Below, piece after piece: positions 50,626 through 60,311 of a DNA stretch of 64,000 nucleotides. Location of the stretch: NCBI GenBank assembly GCA_965243785.1, contig CBDEVX010000016.1, positions 106,351 to 170,350 of the forward strand. The letters run 5' to 3'. The DNA is from Hyphococcus sp. (lineage in GTDB: Bacteria; Pseudomonadota; Alphaproteobacteria; Caulobacterales; Parvularculaceae). Under the pieces are notes generated by a model that ran no database searches, was not told the DNA's origin, and saw only the letters and a program-made list of their open reading frames with translations. Numbering within the stretch: position 1 is the first letter of the stretch; each line of letters opens with the position of its first letter. The position numbers were made by a program, and so were the translations under genes.

Positions 50626-50726
50626 AGCGCAAACCGGCTAACCGAGCCGCGTCCAGAGGCTGAGCAGAATCCGCCGAGCAGATGACGCCCTGTCCGCGCG
50701 CGTCGTTATCGTATAAACCGCGCGCC

Positions 50727-51926
50727 ATGGAATTCGGCCGCCCGACGCTCGAACGCACGCCGAGGCGCTTCGCCGGGCTGTTCTACGCGCTATTTTACAG
50801 CGGCCAGTTCGTCCTGCTCGGCGTGCAACTTCCATTCTTTGCCGGCTGGTTGACGTTGAAGGGTTTTACCGCGCCGGAAATCGGCGTGCTGACCGGCGTC
50901 GCCTTGATCGCCCGCCTTGTGCTGGGGCCGTTCGTCGCCTTCTGGGCCGACCACCAGGACGATGAACGCCGGGCGCTGACGCTTGTCTCCGGCTTGTTCG
51001 CGATTGGCGCCGCCGGGCTAGTTGTTTTTCCCGACAAGATCATGATCGCTGTTTCGGCGTTTTTTATTTTATGGGCGTTCGGCATGCTGGTGCCGCTCAC
51101 CGATGCGGCCGTTCTGCGCGCCGACCGCAATGGGTGGCTTCACTATGGACGTACGCGCGCCTTCGGGTCTTTTGCGTTTCTGGCGACGACGCTGGCCGGC
51201 GGCGCGGCGCTTAGCCATTTCGGGATTATCGCGGCGGCGCCCGTCATGGCTGGCGCGGCGTTCTTCGCGTTTGCGATGTCATTCCTGTTGCCGGCGCAGG
51301 CGGGTGATCGCGGCGGCGCGAAGCCGGTGTCATTTCGCGAGGCGCCAAGACTGTTGCGCTCGCCTGTCTTTTTACTTGTTTTGCTCGCCGCCGGCCTGAC
51401 GCAGGGAGCGCACGCCGTCTATTACGCATTTTCCTATTTGCGATGGTCGGCGATCGGATACTCGGAGATTGTTATCGGCGCGCTGTGGGCGACAGGGGTT
51501 GTCGCCGAGATATTCGTGCTCGTCGCAGCGCGCCGGCTCGTACGTCGTGCATCGTCTGCCTTTCTGCTTGCCGCTGGGGGCGGCGCGGCGGCGTTGCGAT
51601 GGACGCTGACGGCGATGGAGCCGCCGCTCGCTGTTTTATTCCTTGTCCAGATGATGCACGCCTTTACCTTTGCAGCTGCTTATCTCGCTGCCATAGAGTT
51701 TATCGACCGAGCCGTCCCTGTTCGGCTCGTCAATACGGCGATGACGTTGATGTCGGCGACCGGCGTTGGCGCCGTGACTGGTCTTGCGACCGTTGTCGCC
51801 GGGTTCGTGTGGCGCGATATGGGGCCGGCTCAGGCCTACTTGATGATGGCCGCCATGGGCGCCGTCGCGTTGGTTCTGGCGATTTTTGTGATGCGGGCGT
51901 GGTGCGGCGGACGGCTTTTTGAGTAA
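50727..51926 (+). CDS. MFS transporter (HcaT/MFS_1-like)
   Basis: GVQLPFFAGWL, YGRTRAFGSFAF and VQMMHAFTFAA; about 12 TM segments. Confidence 0.88.
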   Translation: MEFGRPTLERTPRRFAGLFYALFYSGQFVLLGVQLPFFAGWLTLKGFTAPEIGVLTGVALIARLVLGPFVAFWADHQDDERRALTLVSGLFAIGAAGLVVFPDKIMIAVSAFFILWAFGMLVPLTDAAVLRADRNGWLHYGRTRAFGSFAFLATTLAGGAALSHFGIIAAAPVMAGAAFFAFAMSFLLPAQAGDRGGAKPVSFREAPRLLRSPVFLLVLLAAGLTQGAHAVYYAFSYLRWSAIGYSEIVIGALWATGVVAEIFVLVAARRLVRRASSAFLLAAGGGAAALRWTLTAMEPPLAVLFLVQMMHAFTFAAAYLAAIEFIDRAVPVRLVNTAMTLMSATGVGAVTGLATVVAGFVWRDMGPAQAYLMMAAMGAVALVLAIFVMRAWCGGRLFE

Positions 51927-51960
51927 ATGGTAAGGCCTTGCCGCTTATGTTGGCGGCGAG

Positions 51961-52383
51961 GTGACAATCGGCGACCCTATGTTGAATCTGGCGCGACAAC
52001 TTATTTCTTTCGGCGGCGTTGGAACGCTCGGCTTTTTGATTGACGCCGCGGTTTTCACGGCGGCGAACCTGCTACTGCAGAACCTTTACCTTGCGCGCGC
52101 GGTCTCTTACTTCGCCGCTGCAAGCAGCAACTGGTTTTGGAACCGCAAATTCACATTCGGCGCCAGCGATCGCGCGCCCGCGCAGGAATGGGGGCGCTTC
52201 CTTGTGCTGCAAACCGCCGGGGGCGCCGTCAATTACGGCCTCTATGCATTGTTGGTATCGATCTATCCTTTTTTTGCGGCATATCCGATCGCCGCGATCG
52301 CCGCCGGCTCCGTTGCCGGCATGGGCGTCAATTTTCTTACGGCTAAGTTTTTTGTGTTTGGCGACGTTGGCGACCAATCTTGA
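51961..52383 (+). CDS. GtrA-family protein
   Basis: RQLISFGGVG.LGFLID, NWFWNRKFTF and four TM segments. Start could be ATG 51979. Confidence 0.88.
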   Translation: MTIGDPMLNLARQLISFGGVGTLGFLIDAAVFTAANLLLQNLYLARAVSYFAAASSNWFWNRKFTFGASDRAPAQEWGRFLVLQTAGGAVNYGLYALLVSIYPFFAAYPIAAIAAGSVAGMGVNFLTAKFFVFGDVGDQS

Positions 52384-52564
52384 CGGATGTCAGCGGGCCG
52401 GACTAGCTTTTGGTCAGCGCTCAGGACGCTTCCGATCCGCGGAAAGGGCTGCGCCCGCCTGACTTGGTTTTTGCGTACTCTACCATTCCACCTTCTTTCC
52501 GCCCGCCTTGCGGATACGGGCTCGCCGTCGCGACGTTTCGCGGCGCATCGGAGAGGAGGCTCGC

Positions 52565-53857
52565 ATGTCCCACCCATCTACGCCAAATCCATCCCCGTCC
52601 AAATCATCAGCGCGTGAGCCGCGTTGGCGGCTTCTTGCACGCAGCAATATCGATCACTTGAAGCGTCGCGCGCGGGAGTTGATGCGCGACTACGCCGCTA
52701 GCGACGGCAACGCACGGGCGCTATTCACCGAGTTCCATCCGTCGCCGCCATCGCCGACGACCGCAAGACTTGCGGATGCACAACTGACGCTGGCGCGCGC
52801 GCACGACTTTCCGAGCTGGCCAAAATTTCAGCGCGCGGTGAAGCTCTTTAACGCCATATGCGATGACGACGCAGGCGAAGCGCTGGCCCTTATTCGTAAG
52901 CACCCCGCTCTACTTACCGATCGCGTCAATGGCGTGACGTCAAACTGGGGCGCGCCGCTTGCCTGCTCGGTACAAGTCGGCGCCGAGAGCGTTTTTCGCG
53001 CGTTGTTGCCCATCGCCGGCCAGGATCTGCAATGGGCGTTTGGGCGTGCGACACTGAAAGGCCGAACCGAGATGGCGCGCGCGCTCCTGGCGGGCGGCGC
53101 GGAAATCGCACCCGGCGAAGTGATGGGACCGTGCGAGTCCCTTAACGTTGAGGGATTGCGGTTTTTGGCGGAGATAGGAGATCCGCTTACGGATGAAAAC
53201 GGAGACCCGCTGGCGCCAGTGGCGTTGCTGCTCGAAGGATATCACCGCAATCCGACTGCGAAACACGCTTGTCTGGAGTTTTTTGCTGATGGCGGCGTTG
53301 AGTTTCCCGACACGCCTATGATGGCTTTTCATCGCGGGCGTATTGATCTTCTCGAAAAGCACGTTGAACGGGATCCGAGCCTGACGTCGCGTCGGTTTTC
53401 CTATCGTGAAATCTACCCGCTTGAAGTCGGTTGCCATGAAGATGAAACGTTAGGCTTGCACGGCTGCCCGATCGGCGGAACGACGCTATTGCATATGGCG
53501 GCCGATTTCGATGAGCTAGAAATCGCAAGATGGTTGCTTGCGAAGAATGTCGGTATAGACGCCGTCGCGGAAATTGACGCCGACGGCTTTGGCGGCCACA
53601 CGCCGCTCTTTAACATCGTTGTATCGCAGGCGTATCTCAGCGGCCGTCAGCGGGACGGCGCGTTTGTGCGGCTACTGCTTGATCATGGCGCCGCGCCCGG
53701 CGCCCGCGCTTCGCTGCGCAAGAGCATTCGGTTTATCGCTGATGAGAGCGCTCACGAATACAAAAATGTGACGCCGGTCGGATTCGGCCGTGCGTTTCAC
53801 GAAAAACGTTGGGTCAGCGTTGAGGCAATCTCGGAAATCGAGGCCCGCGGCGGCTGA
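52565..53857 (+). CDS. Ankyrin-repeat protein with an N-terminal helical L..LK..A..L...AQ..LAR..F.SW domain
   Basis: NIDHLKRRARELM...ADAQLTLARAHDFPSWPKF; ankyrin motifs GTTLLHMAADF.ELEIARWLL and GHTPLF. GGAGG before ATG 52565. Confidence 0.8.
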   Translation: MSHPSTPNPSPSKSSAREPRWRLLARSNIDHLKRRARELMRDYAASDGNARALFTEFHPSPPSPTTARLADAQLTLARAHDFPSWPKFQRAVKLFNAICDDDAGEALALIRKHPALLTDRVNGVTSNWGAPLACSVQVGAESVFRALLPIAGQDLQWAFGRATLKGRTEMARALLAGGAEIAPGEVMGPCESLNVEGLRFLAEIGDPLTDENGDPLAPVALLLEGYHRNPTAKHACLEFFADGGVEFPDTPMMAFHRGRIDLLEKHVERDPSLTSRRFSYREIYPLEVGCHEDETLGLHGCPIGGTTLLHMAADFDELEIARWLLAKNVGIDAVAEIDADGFGGHTPLFNIVVSQAYLSGRQRDGAFVRLLLDHGAAPGARASLRKSIRFIADESAHEYKNVTPVGFGRAFHEKRWVSVEAISEIEARGG

Positions 53858-53866
53858 AGTCTTTGG

Positions 53867-56104
53867 TCAGGCGTTCGCGGTCGTCACGCCGTCCCAGTCT
53901 TCGGGCACGCCGTCTGCGGCGAAGGCGTCGAGGCGGTCTTCGTAAATGTCGAACAGCGCGATTTTGGCGCCGGGGGACTTCTTAATCCGCGCCAGAATCT
54001 CCTGGGCTTCGCCAACGTTCCCGCTTCGATAGGCGGCAAGCAGCGCACGGTGAGAATCATCGAGATCGCGAAAGCCTTTCGACGATTTGATAAACGGATT
54101 ACCGATCAACGCATAAATGCTGAAGGGGCGGGCGGCGTCGCGGGTCCTGATCTTATCCAGTTCAAGATAGGCGAACTGGTGATGGGTTTCTTTGTAGACG
54201 CCTTCATCGCAGATCATCGCCGGTCCGTAATACGCTGACAGGCTGCGCAGGAACGCTGCGTGATCGACAGCGGGACCGAATGCAGAGTACCGGTTATTGC
54301 GGCCATGGCCCATGGGGCCGGCGAAACATACGCCAGTGGCGACGCCGATCGCGAGATGGACCTGAATGCCGCGCGTGCGGCTTGATGTTTCGAGGTCGGT
54401 GTTGATCTTGTCCATGCTTTCAATAAGGCGCAAAGCGGTGGCGCAGCCGGCCTGAATATGGTCGGCGAGATCGCCCGGCGCATTGAAATAGGCGAAGGCG
54501 CGTCCGCCGTCGGCCTGGTCCGCTGCGCCGCCGGCGTCGATGATGGTCTCGCGCAAATCGATTGACGCCGCCGCAAGAATTTTTGTGACGTCGTCGGGAT
54601 GATCTTTGAGCGTTTCCAGGTCTTCATCAGCGATGCGTAACTCGCAGGCGAGGACGGTGATCTCGCGCCGCGTGCCAGAAAGAATGGCGCCTGTTTCGCC
54701 TTCGCGCAGGCGTTTCATAACCGGTTCTGGCAGCGTGTCGTGAAATGATCCGCGTACAGAATCATCGCGCAGCACGCCGCCGATCGAGCGTCCGCCGGCG
54801 ACTGAAAGCGCGCCGACAAAAAGCGCCAGCGACGGCGCCAGCGGGTCGAGCAAGAGTTTCGAACCAGCGAAGATAAAAAATGCGCCTATCGTAAGCAAGG
54901 CGCTAAGCGCGACAGCGAAACCGACAGCCTGCCAGAACTGCAGCCGTTGCGCCGTCATGATCGCTGCTGCGCCAAGAATCATCACGCCGAGCGCCTCTAG
55001 ATAGCCGGCCCATCCGGGACGGATGGCGGCGGCGCCGTCGGCGATCTGCGCTGCGGCAAGCGCGTGCACCGTGGCGGGCGCGAGGCGGCCGCGGGCGGTC
55101 GCCACAAGGTCGCCGATCTCGCCGTCGCGTCCGATCAGGACAACTTTATCGGTGAGTTGGCGGTTCGAGTTCCGACCGAGCAACTGCGCCGCCGACGTCG
55201 TCGGCGTGTTGATGCGTTTCGGCATGTAAAGGCGCATGGCGGTGTTGCCTGCGACCTTCATGTTGCTGTCGTGTACGGCGACGCGGCGTACGATGCGGCC
55301 CTGCGATTGCGCGGCGGACGGGTCGGTCGACAGGACAATCTCCTCTTCGTCGCGAACGAGATGGGCGGCCCGCAGCGCGATCGCCGCCGCCGGATCGCCC
55401 TCGAGCGCCCAGAGCAGGGGTAATCGGCGCACGACGCCGTCAGCATCCGGCGCCAGTGCGGCGATGGAGGGCGGGGCGGCGGCGGCCAGCGTCGCATCCA
55501 AATTATAGAGATAGCGCGCAGCAGGAAGCGCCACATAGTCAATGCCGCCCACATTCGTTGAAAGCCAGGGCGCCTTAGCGAGATCGGCCCTTTGAAGCGC
55601 GATTTCAGAGGTCGGATTCTCCGGCGGGTTAAGCGATGCGCCGACGCCGCCAGCGACGCCGTCAAAAGCGGCGGCTAATGCTGCATCCGTTGACGGCAGA
55701 CGGGCCAGCTCGCGCGCCAGCGCGTCGTCGCTCGCGCCCTCAAGCCAGAAAGCGCCGATGGTCTCAGGCGACAAAGGATCGGGCGCATCGGCGGGCTCGG
55801 CCAGAATAACCCCTTTTGCGCCCGCTTGTGCGGCCGCCTCGACAAGGTCGGCGAGAACCGTGCGCGGCCAAGGCCACGGGCCGACAAGATTGACGCTCTC
55901 ACGGTCAATGAGGACGACGTGGAAATTCTCGCCCGCGTCATAGTCCGCCGGTGCCAGGCGCTGATAGTAGTCGAATAGCTGCTCGCGCATGCGGCCGTCG
56001 GGGGACTGCGCGCCGGCCAGCGCGAATATTGCGATGACAGCGAGCGCGCCGGTTACCGCCAGCAGCGGCAGGGCTTTGAGCCAGGCGAAGCTGTCGCGGA
56101 ACAT
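53867..56104 (-). CDS. CHASE2-domain class III adenylate/guanylate cyclase homologue with a degenerate catalytic domain
   Basis: CHASE2 (GPWPWPR, DADGVVRRLPL), three TM helices, cyclase scaffold (AYFNAP, IGVATG..FAGPMG) and C-terminal WDGV. Confidence 0.85.
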   Translation of the reverse strand: MFRDSFAWLKALPLLAVTGALAVIAIFALAGAQSPDGRMREQLFDYYQRLAPADYDAGENFHVVLIDRESVNLVGPWPWPRTVLADLVEAAAQAGAKGVILAEPADAPDPLSPETIGAFWLEGASDDALARELARLPSTDAALAAAFDGVAGGVGASLNPPENPTSEIALQRADLAKAPWLSTNVGGIDYVALPAARYLYNLDATLAAAAPPSIAALAPDADGVVRRLPLLWALEGDPAAAIALRAAHLVRDEEEIVLSTDPSAAQSQGRIVRRVAVHDSNMKVAGNTAMRLYMPKRINTPTTSAAQLLGRNSNRQLTDKVVLIGRDGEIGDLVATARGRLAPATVHALAAAQIADGAAAIRPGWAGYLEALGVMILGAAAIMTAQRLQFWQAVGFAVALSALLTIGAFFIFAGSKLLLDPLAPSLALFVGALSVAGGRSIGGVLRDDSVRGSFHDTLPEPVMKRLREGETGAILSGTRREITVLACELRIADEDLETLKDHPDDVTKILAAASIDLRETIIDAGGAADQADGGRAFAYFNAPGDLADHIQAGCATALRLIESMDKINTDLETSSRTRGIQVHLAIGVATGVCFAGPMGHGRNNRYSAFGPAVDHAAFLRSLSAYYGPAMICDEGVYKETHHQFAYLELDKIRTRDAARPFSIYALIGNPFIKSSKGFRDLDDSHRALLAAYRSGNVGEAQEILARIKKSPGAKIALFDIYEDRLDAFAADGVPEDWDGVTTANA

Positions 56105-56197
56105 TCTGCTATTCGACAATCCCGGCTCCCGAAAAGGCAAAAGCGCCCAAGACTCAAGCCCCTCGATGGTTCAAAATGGGCCTCGACGCACAAAATT

Positions 56198-56218
56198 GAG
56201 GATGATTTTAACATCCTC
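56198..56218. promoter_or_regulatory. 7-7-7 inverted repeat, candidate operator
   Basis: GAGGATG-ATTTTAA-CATCCTC in the divergent intergenic region between the cyclase-like gene and the MlaE-type operon. Confidence 0.45.
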
Positions 56219-56280
56219 GAAGGCATGATGACACTGTGAGGCTCGGTTTATTGCAAGCAGAAGGCCGGGCCCGCGGGCAG

Positions 56281-56296
56281 TTAAGAAAGTACTAAC
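56281..56296 (+). promoter_or_regulatory. CtrA-like box abutting the mlaE start codon
   Basis: TTAA-GAAAGTA-CTAAC, one mismatch to TTAA-N7-TTAAC. Confidence 0.35.
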
Positions 56297-56297
56297 T

Positions 56298-57437
56298 ATG
56301 ACGGATTCGGCGGCCCATTTCGATATCGATCTTGCGAATGACGGCCTTTTGCGCCTGAAGGCGTTCGGCGACTGGCGCGCGCGATATCTGAAGCCGATCG
56401 ACGGTCCCTTGCGCGACTTCGCCGATGATTCGGTGGGCCGCGACATCATCATCGACCTGTCCGGCATCGAACGCCTCGACACCGCCGGGGCCATGGTTCT
56501 GCAGCGCACGTTTCAGGCTTGTCAGAGCCGCACCGAAAAATCGAAATTTGTCGGCGCCCACGACGCTCATGCGGAATTGCTGGAACAGATCGAGGATCAT
56601 TTGGCGCCGTGTCATGTGGAGCCCTATCACCGCAACGCCTTCATCATGATGACAGAGCGGTTGGGCGAGGGCGCCGTCAATGCGACACGGTCTATGCTGG
56701 AGCTTTGGGATTTCATCGGGCGCACGCTCGTTAGCGGCGCCAGCCTGATCGTACGGCCGGCGCGGATGCGCTGGCGCGCAACGGTTCACCATATGGAGGC
56801 GACCGGCCTCGATGCGATGCCGATTGTAGGCCTGATGTCTTTCCTGATCGGCGCCGTCATCGCCTTCATGGGCGCAAAGATCTTACGTCTTTTCAACGCG
56901 GAGATTTTAACCGTGCAACTTGTCGGCATTTCGGTGTTGCGCGAATTCGGCGTGTTGCTGGCGGCCATTCTCGTGGCGGGCCGGTCCGGCAGCGCTTTCA
57001 CCGCGCAAATCGGTTCGATGAAACTGCGGGAGGAAATCGACGCCATGCGCGTTCTCGGCCTCGAGCCCATCGAAGTCCTGGTGGTGCCGCGTGTCATCGC
57101 TTTGATAATCATGTTGCCGGTGCTCGCTTTCTGTGCGGCGATGCTGGGGCTTGTCGGGGGCGGGTTAGTCTCGTGGCTGGTCATGGAAATCCCGCCGGCG
57201 CTCTTCATGGCGCAGTTTCAAGAGACGATCGGCATCAACAACTTCTATGTTGGTCTGATTAAGGCGCCGTTCTTTGCATTTGCAATTGCCGTGATCGGCT
57301 GTTTCCAGGGGATGGAAGTAGAAGGCAGCGCCGAATCCCTAGGTCAGCGTACGACGCTATCGGTCGTTCAGGCGTTGTTTCTTGTCATCGTCATGGACGC
57401 TTTCTTCGCCATGTTCTTTCTTGAGATCGACTACTGA
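56298..57437 (+). CDS. mlaE: MlaE-family ABC permease with an N-terminal STAS-like domain
   Basis: IDLSGIERLDTAGA, LREFGVLLAAILVAGRSGSAFTAQIGSMK.REEIDAM and QRTT.SVV. Confidence 0.9.
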   Translation: MTDSAAHFDIDLANDGLLRLKAFGDWRARYLKPIDGPLRDFADDSVGRDIIIDLSGIERLDTAGAMVLQRTFQACQSRTEKSKFVGAHDAHAELLEQIEDHLAPCHVEPYHRNAFIMMTERLGEGAVNATRSMLELWDFIGRTLVSGASLIVRPARMRWRATVHHMEATGLDAMPIVGLMSFLIGAVIAFMGAKILRLFNAEILTVQLVGISVLREFGVLLAAILVAGRSGSAFTAQIGSMKLREEIDAMRVLGLEPIEVLVVPRVIALIIMLPVLAFCAAMLGLVGGGLVSWLVMEIPPALFMAQFQETIGINNFYVGLIKAPFFAFAIAVIGCFQGMEVEGSAESLGQRTTLSVVQALFLVIVMDAFFAMFFLEIDY

Positions 57438-58219
57438 TGACCGAAGCGGCGCGCGAAAACGTTATCGAAGTTAGTGGGTTGCGGTCGCAATTCGGCGATC
57501 ACGTTGTTCACGACAATCTCGATCTCAACGTGCGACGCGGTGAGATATTGGGCGTGGTTGGCGGCTCCGGCACGGGCAAGTCCGTCCTGATGCGGTCGAT
57601 CATCGGCCTGAAACATCCGGACGCCGGAACCGTCAACGTCTTTGGCCAAAATTTCTACGAGGTTGACGAAAAAACGCGCCTTTCGATTGAACGGCGGTGG
57701 GGCGTATTGTTTCAGGGCGGCGCGCTTTTTTCGTCCATGACGGTGGCGCAGAACATCATGGCTCCGATCCGGGAACATCTGGGTTTTGAGGGCGATCTCG
57801 CGAAGGATATGGCGGCGCTGAAAATTTCCATGGTGGGTTTGCGGGCCGAGGCCGGCGCCAATTTCCCGTCGGAGCTGTCCGGCGGCATGAGAAAGCGCGC
57901 CGGGCTCGCTCGGGCGCTGGCCCTCGATCCTGAGCTTGTATTCCTTGATGAGCCGACCGCGGGCCTAGACCCGATCGGAGCGGCGAAATTTGACGATTTG
58001 ATCGTCAATCTCAAGGAAACATTAGGGTTAACGGTGTTTATGGTGACCCATGACCTTGATACGCTCCACGCCGCCTGCGACCGGGTCGCGGTTCTGGCCG
58101 AGAAACGCGTTATCGCGGCCGGCCCCCTTGATGAAGTGCGCCGGACCGATCATCCGTGGGTTCAGGAGTATTTCGCGGGGCCACGCGGTCGCGCGGCGCT
58201 CGCCGCAAAGGCGAGTTAG
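57437..58219 (+). CDS. mlaF: MlaF-family ABC ATP-binding protein
   Basis: Walker A GGSGTGKS, LSGGMRKRAGLARAL, FLDEPTAGLDP and VTHDL. Confidence 0.92.
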   Translation: MTEAARENVIEVSGLRSQFGDHVVHDNLDLNVRRGEILGVVGGSGTGKSVLMRSIIGLKHPDAGTVNVFGQNFYEVDEKTRLSIERRWGVLFQGGALFSSMTVAQNIMAPIREHLGFEGDLAKDMAALKISMVGLRAEAGANFPSELSGGMRKRAGLARALALDPELVFLDEPTAGLDPIGAAKFDDLIVNLKETLGLTVFMVTHDLDTLHAACDRVAVLAEKRVIAAGPLDEVRRTDHPWVQEYFAGPRGRAALAAKAS

Positions 58220-58238
58220 AGGGGGGTAGGGTTGCGTT

Positions 58239-59162
58239 ATGGAAACCCGCGCGCATTACATTCTGATCGGATCATTCGTAATGGCGGTGGTCGCCGCGGC
58301 GTTTGTGTTCGTGCTGCGCGTGACGTCAACCCAGGGTGACTTTGACAGCTACGACATCATTTTCGAAGAGAGCGTCACCGGGCTTTCCAACGGCTCGATC
58401 GTCCGCTTTAACGGCATTCAGGTCGGCGAGGTCGAAAGTCTGACGCTTGACCCCGACGATCCCTCGCGGGTGATTGCGCGGGTGCGCGTCGCTGAGGGTA
58501 CGCCGGTCAAAACAAACACAACAGTTGAACTTGAGCCCGTCGGTTTTACGGGGCTCGCAATTATTCAGTTCGTAGGCGGCGGTGCAGATGAGCCGCTGCT
58601 GAAGGACGAAACCGAAGAGCGCATTCCTCAGCTCACCGCGGATACGTCGGGCATTTCGCAGTTTCTTGCCGGCACCAGCGAAATCATCGGCCGCGCCAAC
58701 CTGATTTTGTCGGACCGGAATATCGACAGTATCTCGCAAACGCTTGCGGATATCCAAACTGTGACGGGCGCCGTCGCGGAAAACCGCGATGAAATCTCTG
58801 AGCTGATACAGAACGCTAATGCGGCGACGGCGGAACTCACCGTTACACTCGAAAATCTGCGCCGGGCGTCGGACGGGCTCGAAACCATGCTCGCCGAGGA
58901 TGGCCCGGAGGTTGTCAGGAATGCTGACGAGCTGGTTAGCGATATCAGAAAACTGATTGGCGAAACCGAGGCGTTGGTTAGCGAAAATCGCGAATCCTTC
59001 CGGTACTTCACTGATCAGGGTCTTGGGCAGGTCGCCCCGGCGCTCGCCGAAGCGCGCCGGCTCATGCGCAGTCTTGACCACATATTGCGAGAGATCGAAC
59101 GTGACCCCAAGGCGTTTTTCCTCGGAGAGGCGACGCCTGAATATGACGCGGAGGCCAATTGA
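58239..59162 (+). CDS. mlaD: MCE/MlaD-family protein
   Basis: METRAHYILIGSF, VTGLSNGS.VRFNGIQVGEV and a long helical C-terminus. Confidence 0.9.
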   Translation: METRAHYILIGSFVMAVVAAAFVFVLRVTSTQGDFDSYDIIFEESVTGLSNGSIVRFNGIQVGEVESLTLDPDDPSRVIARVRVAEGTPVKTNTTVELEPVGFTGLAIIQFVGGGADEPLLKDETEERIPQLTADTSGISQFLAGTSEIIGRANLILSDRNIDSISQTLADIQTVTGAVAENRDEISELIQNANAATAELTVTLENLRRASDGLETMLAEDGPEVVRNADELVSDIRKLIGETEALVSENRESFRYFTDQGLGQVAPALAEARRLMRSLDHILREIERDPKAFFLGEATPEYDAEAN

Positions 59163-59776
59163 TGAAGACACTACTCCGTATCATGATGTTTTTTGGCGCT
59201 GCCGCCGCCTCAGGGTGCGTTGGGGGCCTACTTGAAACCAGTCCGCCGAAGCCGCGTTACATGATCGGCTTCGTCGACGCCGGCGCCGTCGCCGGCGCGG
59301 ACGTCGACTGGTCGCTGATTGTCGAAAACCCCGGCGCGTCGCGGGCCTACGATACGACAAAGATGGCCGTGTCGCCGGCGTCCGGCCGCATCGAATATTT
59401 CGGCGGCGGGGAATGGGCCAGTCGTGCGCCGGTGGTGGTGCAAATGGCGATGATCCGGGCGTTTGAAGACTCCGGCCGTATTCTGGCGGTGGGCAATCGC
59501 GCCGATATCGGTTTGAGCGACTTGGCGCTGCAGACGGATATACGCCGGCTCGATCTCGATGTCGCCGGCGGCAATCGCTCAGCGCGTATTGACGTCTATG
59601 TTCGGCTAACAAACGGCCGCTCGAAAGTGTTCGCCGCAAACGCGTTCAGCGCCGCCGCGCCGGCACGCAGCGAAGCGGGCGATGATGTCGCGGCCGCCTT
59701 CGACGCCGCACTGAAAACCGTTATCGCCGATGTCGTCAATTGGACATTTGCCGAAGGCGCGGGCGCACAGTCGTAG
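59162..59776 (+). CDS. PqiC-like ABC transport auxiliary lipoprotein
   Basis: Lipobox ASGC, WASRAP and RAFEDSGR; last gene of the MCE operon. Confidence 0.85.
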   Translation: MKTLLRIMMFFGAAAASGCVGGLLETSPPKPRYMIGFVDAGAVAGADVDWSLIVENPGASRAYDTTKMAVSPASGRIEYFGGGEWASRAPVVVQMAMIRAFEDSGRILAVGNRADIGLSDLALQTDIRRLDLDVAGGNRSARIDVYVRLTNGRSKVFAANAFSAAAPARSEAGDDVAAAFDAALKTVIADVVNWTFAEGAGAQS

Positions 59777-59849
59777 TTTTATCAAGCCGCAACGCCCGCT
59801 TATTGTCGTTGCATGGGCGCGTTCGCGCCACTCCGTAACCGAACGATCG

Positions 59850-60311
59850 TCAATTCGGTTTTTGACTATCAATTGGGTGCAAGGATCTAAACCCGACCGC
59901 AAACCGGTTCCAAACGTTAATGACGCCGACGGCCAATGTTAGCTTTACGATATCTTCATCGGAGAAATGCGCTCGCAATTCTTCGAAGTCCGCATCGGGT
60001 GCGCCGGATTCGCTGAGGGTTGTAATCGCCTCGGTCCAGGCCAAAACGGCGCGTTCCTGCGCCGTGTAAACAGGCGACTCACGCCAAACGCAAATCAGCG
60101 CAATCCACTGATCGCTTAAACCTGCGGCGCGCGCTTCCTTCACATGCATATCGACGCAATAGGCGCAGCCATTGATCTGCGACGCGCGAATTTTCAGCAA
60201 ATGAAGGAGTTCGTGATTCAAGCCCGACTCTTTGGCGACGAAACTTTCCAGCGCGTAAACGGCGCTGAACGATTCAGGCGATGCTTCAGCGGCGTCGATA
60301 CGTGTTTTCAT
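59850..60311 (-). CDS. Carboxymuconolactone decarboxylase/AhpD-like protein
   Basis: IRASQINGCAYCVDMH, ERAVLAWTEAIT and INVWNRF. Confidence 0.92.
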   Translation of the reverse strand: MKTRIDAAEASPESFSAVYALESFVAKESGLNHELLHLLKIRASQINGCAYCVDMHVKEARAAGLSDQWIALICVWRESPVYTAQERAVLAWTEAITTLSESGAPDADFEELRAHFSDEDIVKLTLAVGVINVWNRFAVGFRSLHPIDSQKPN

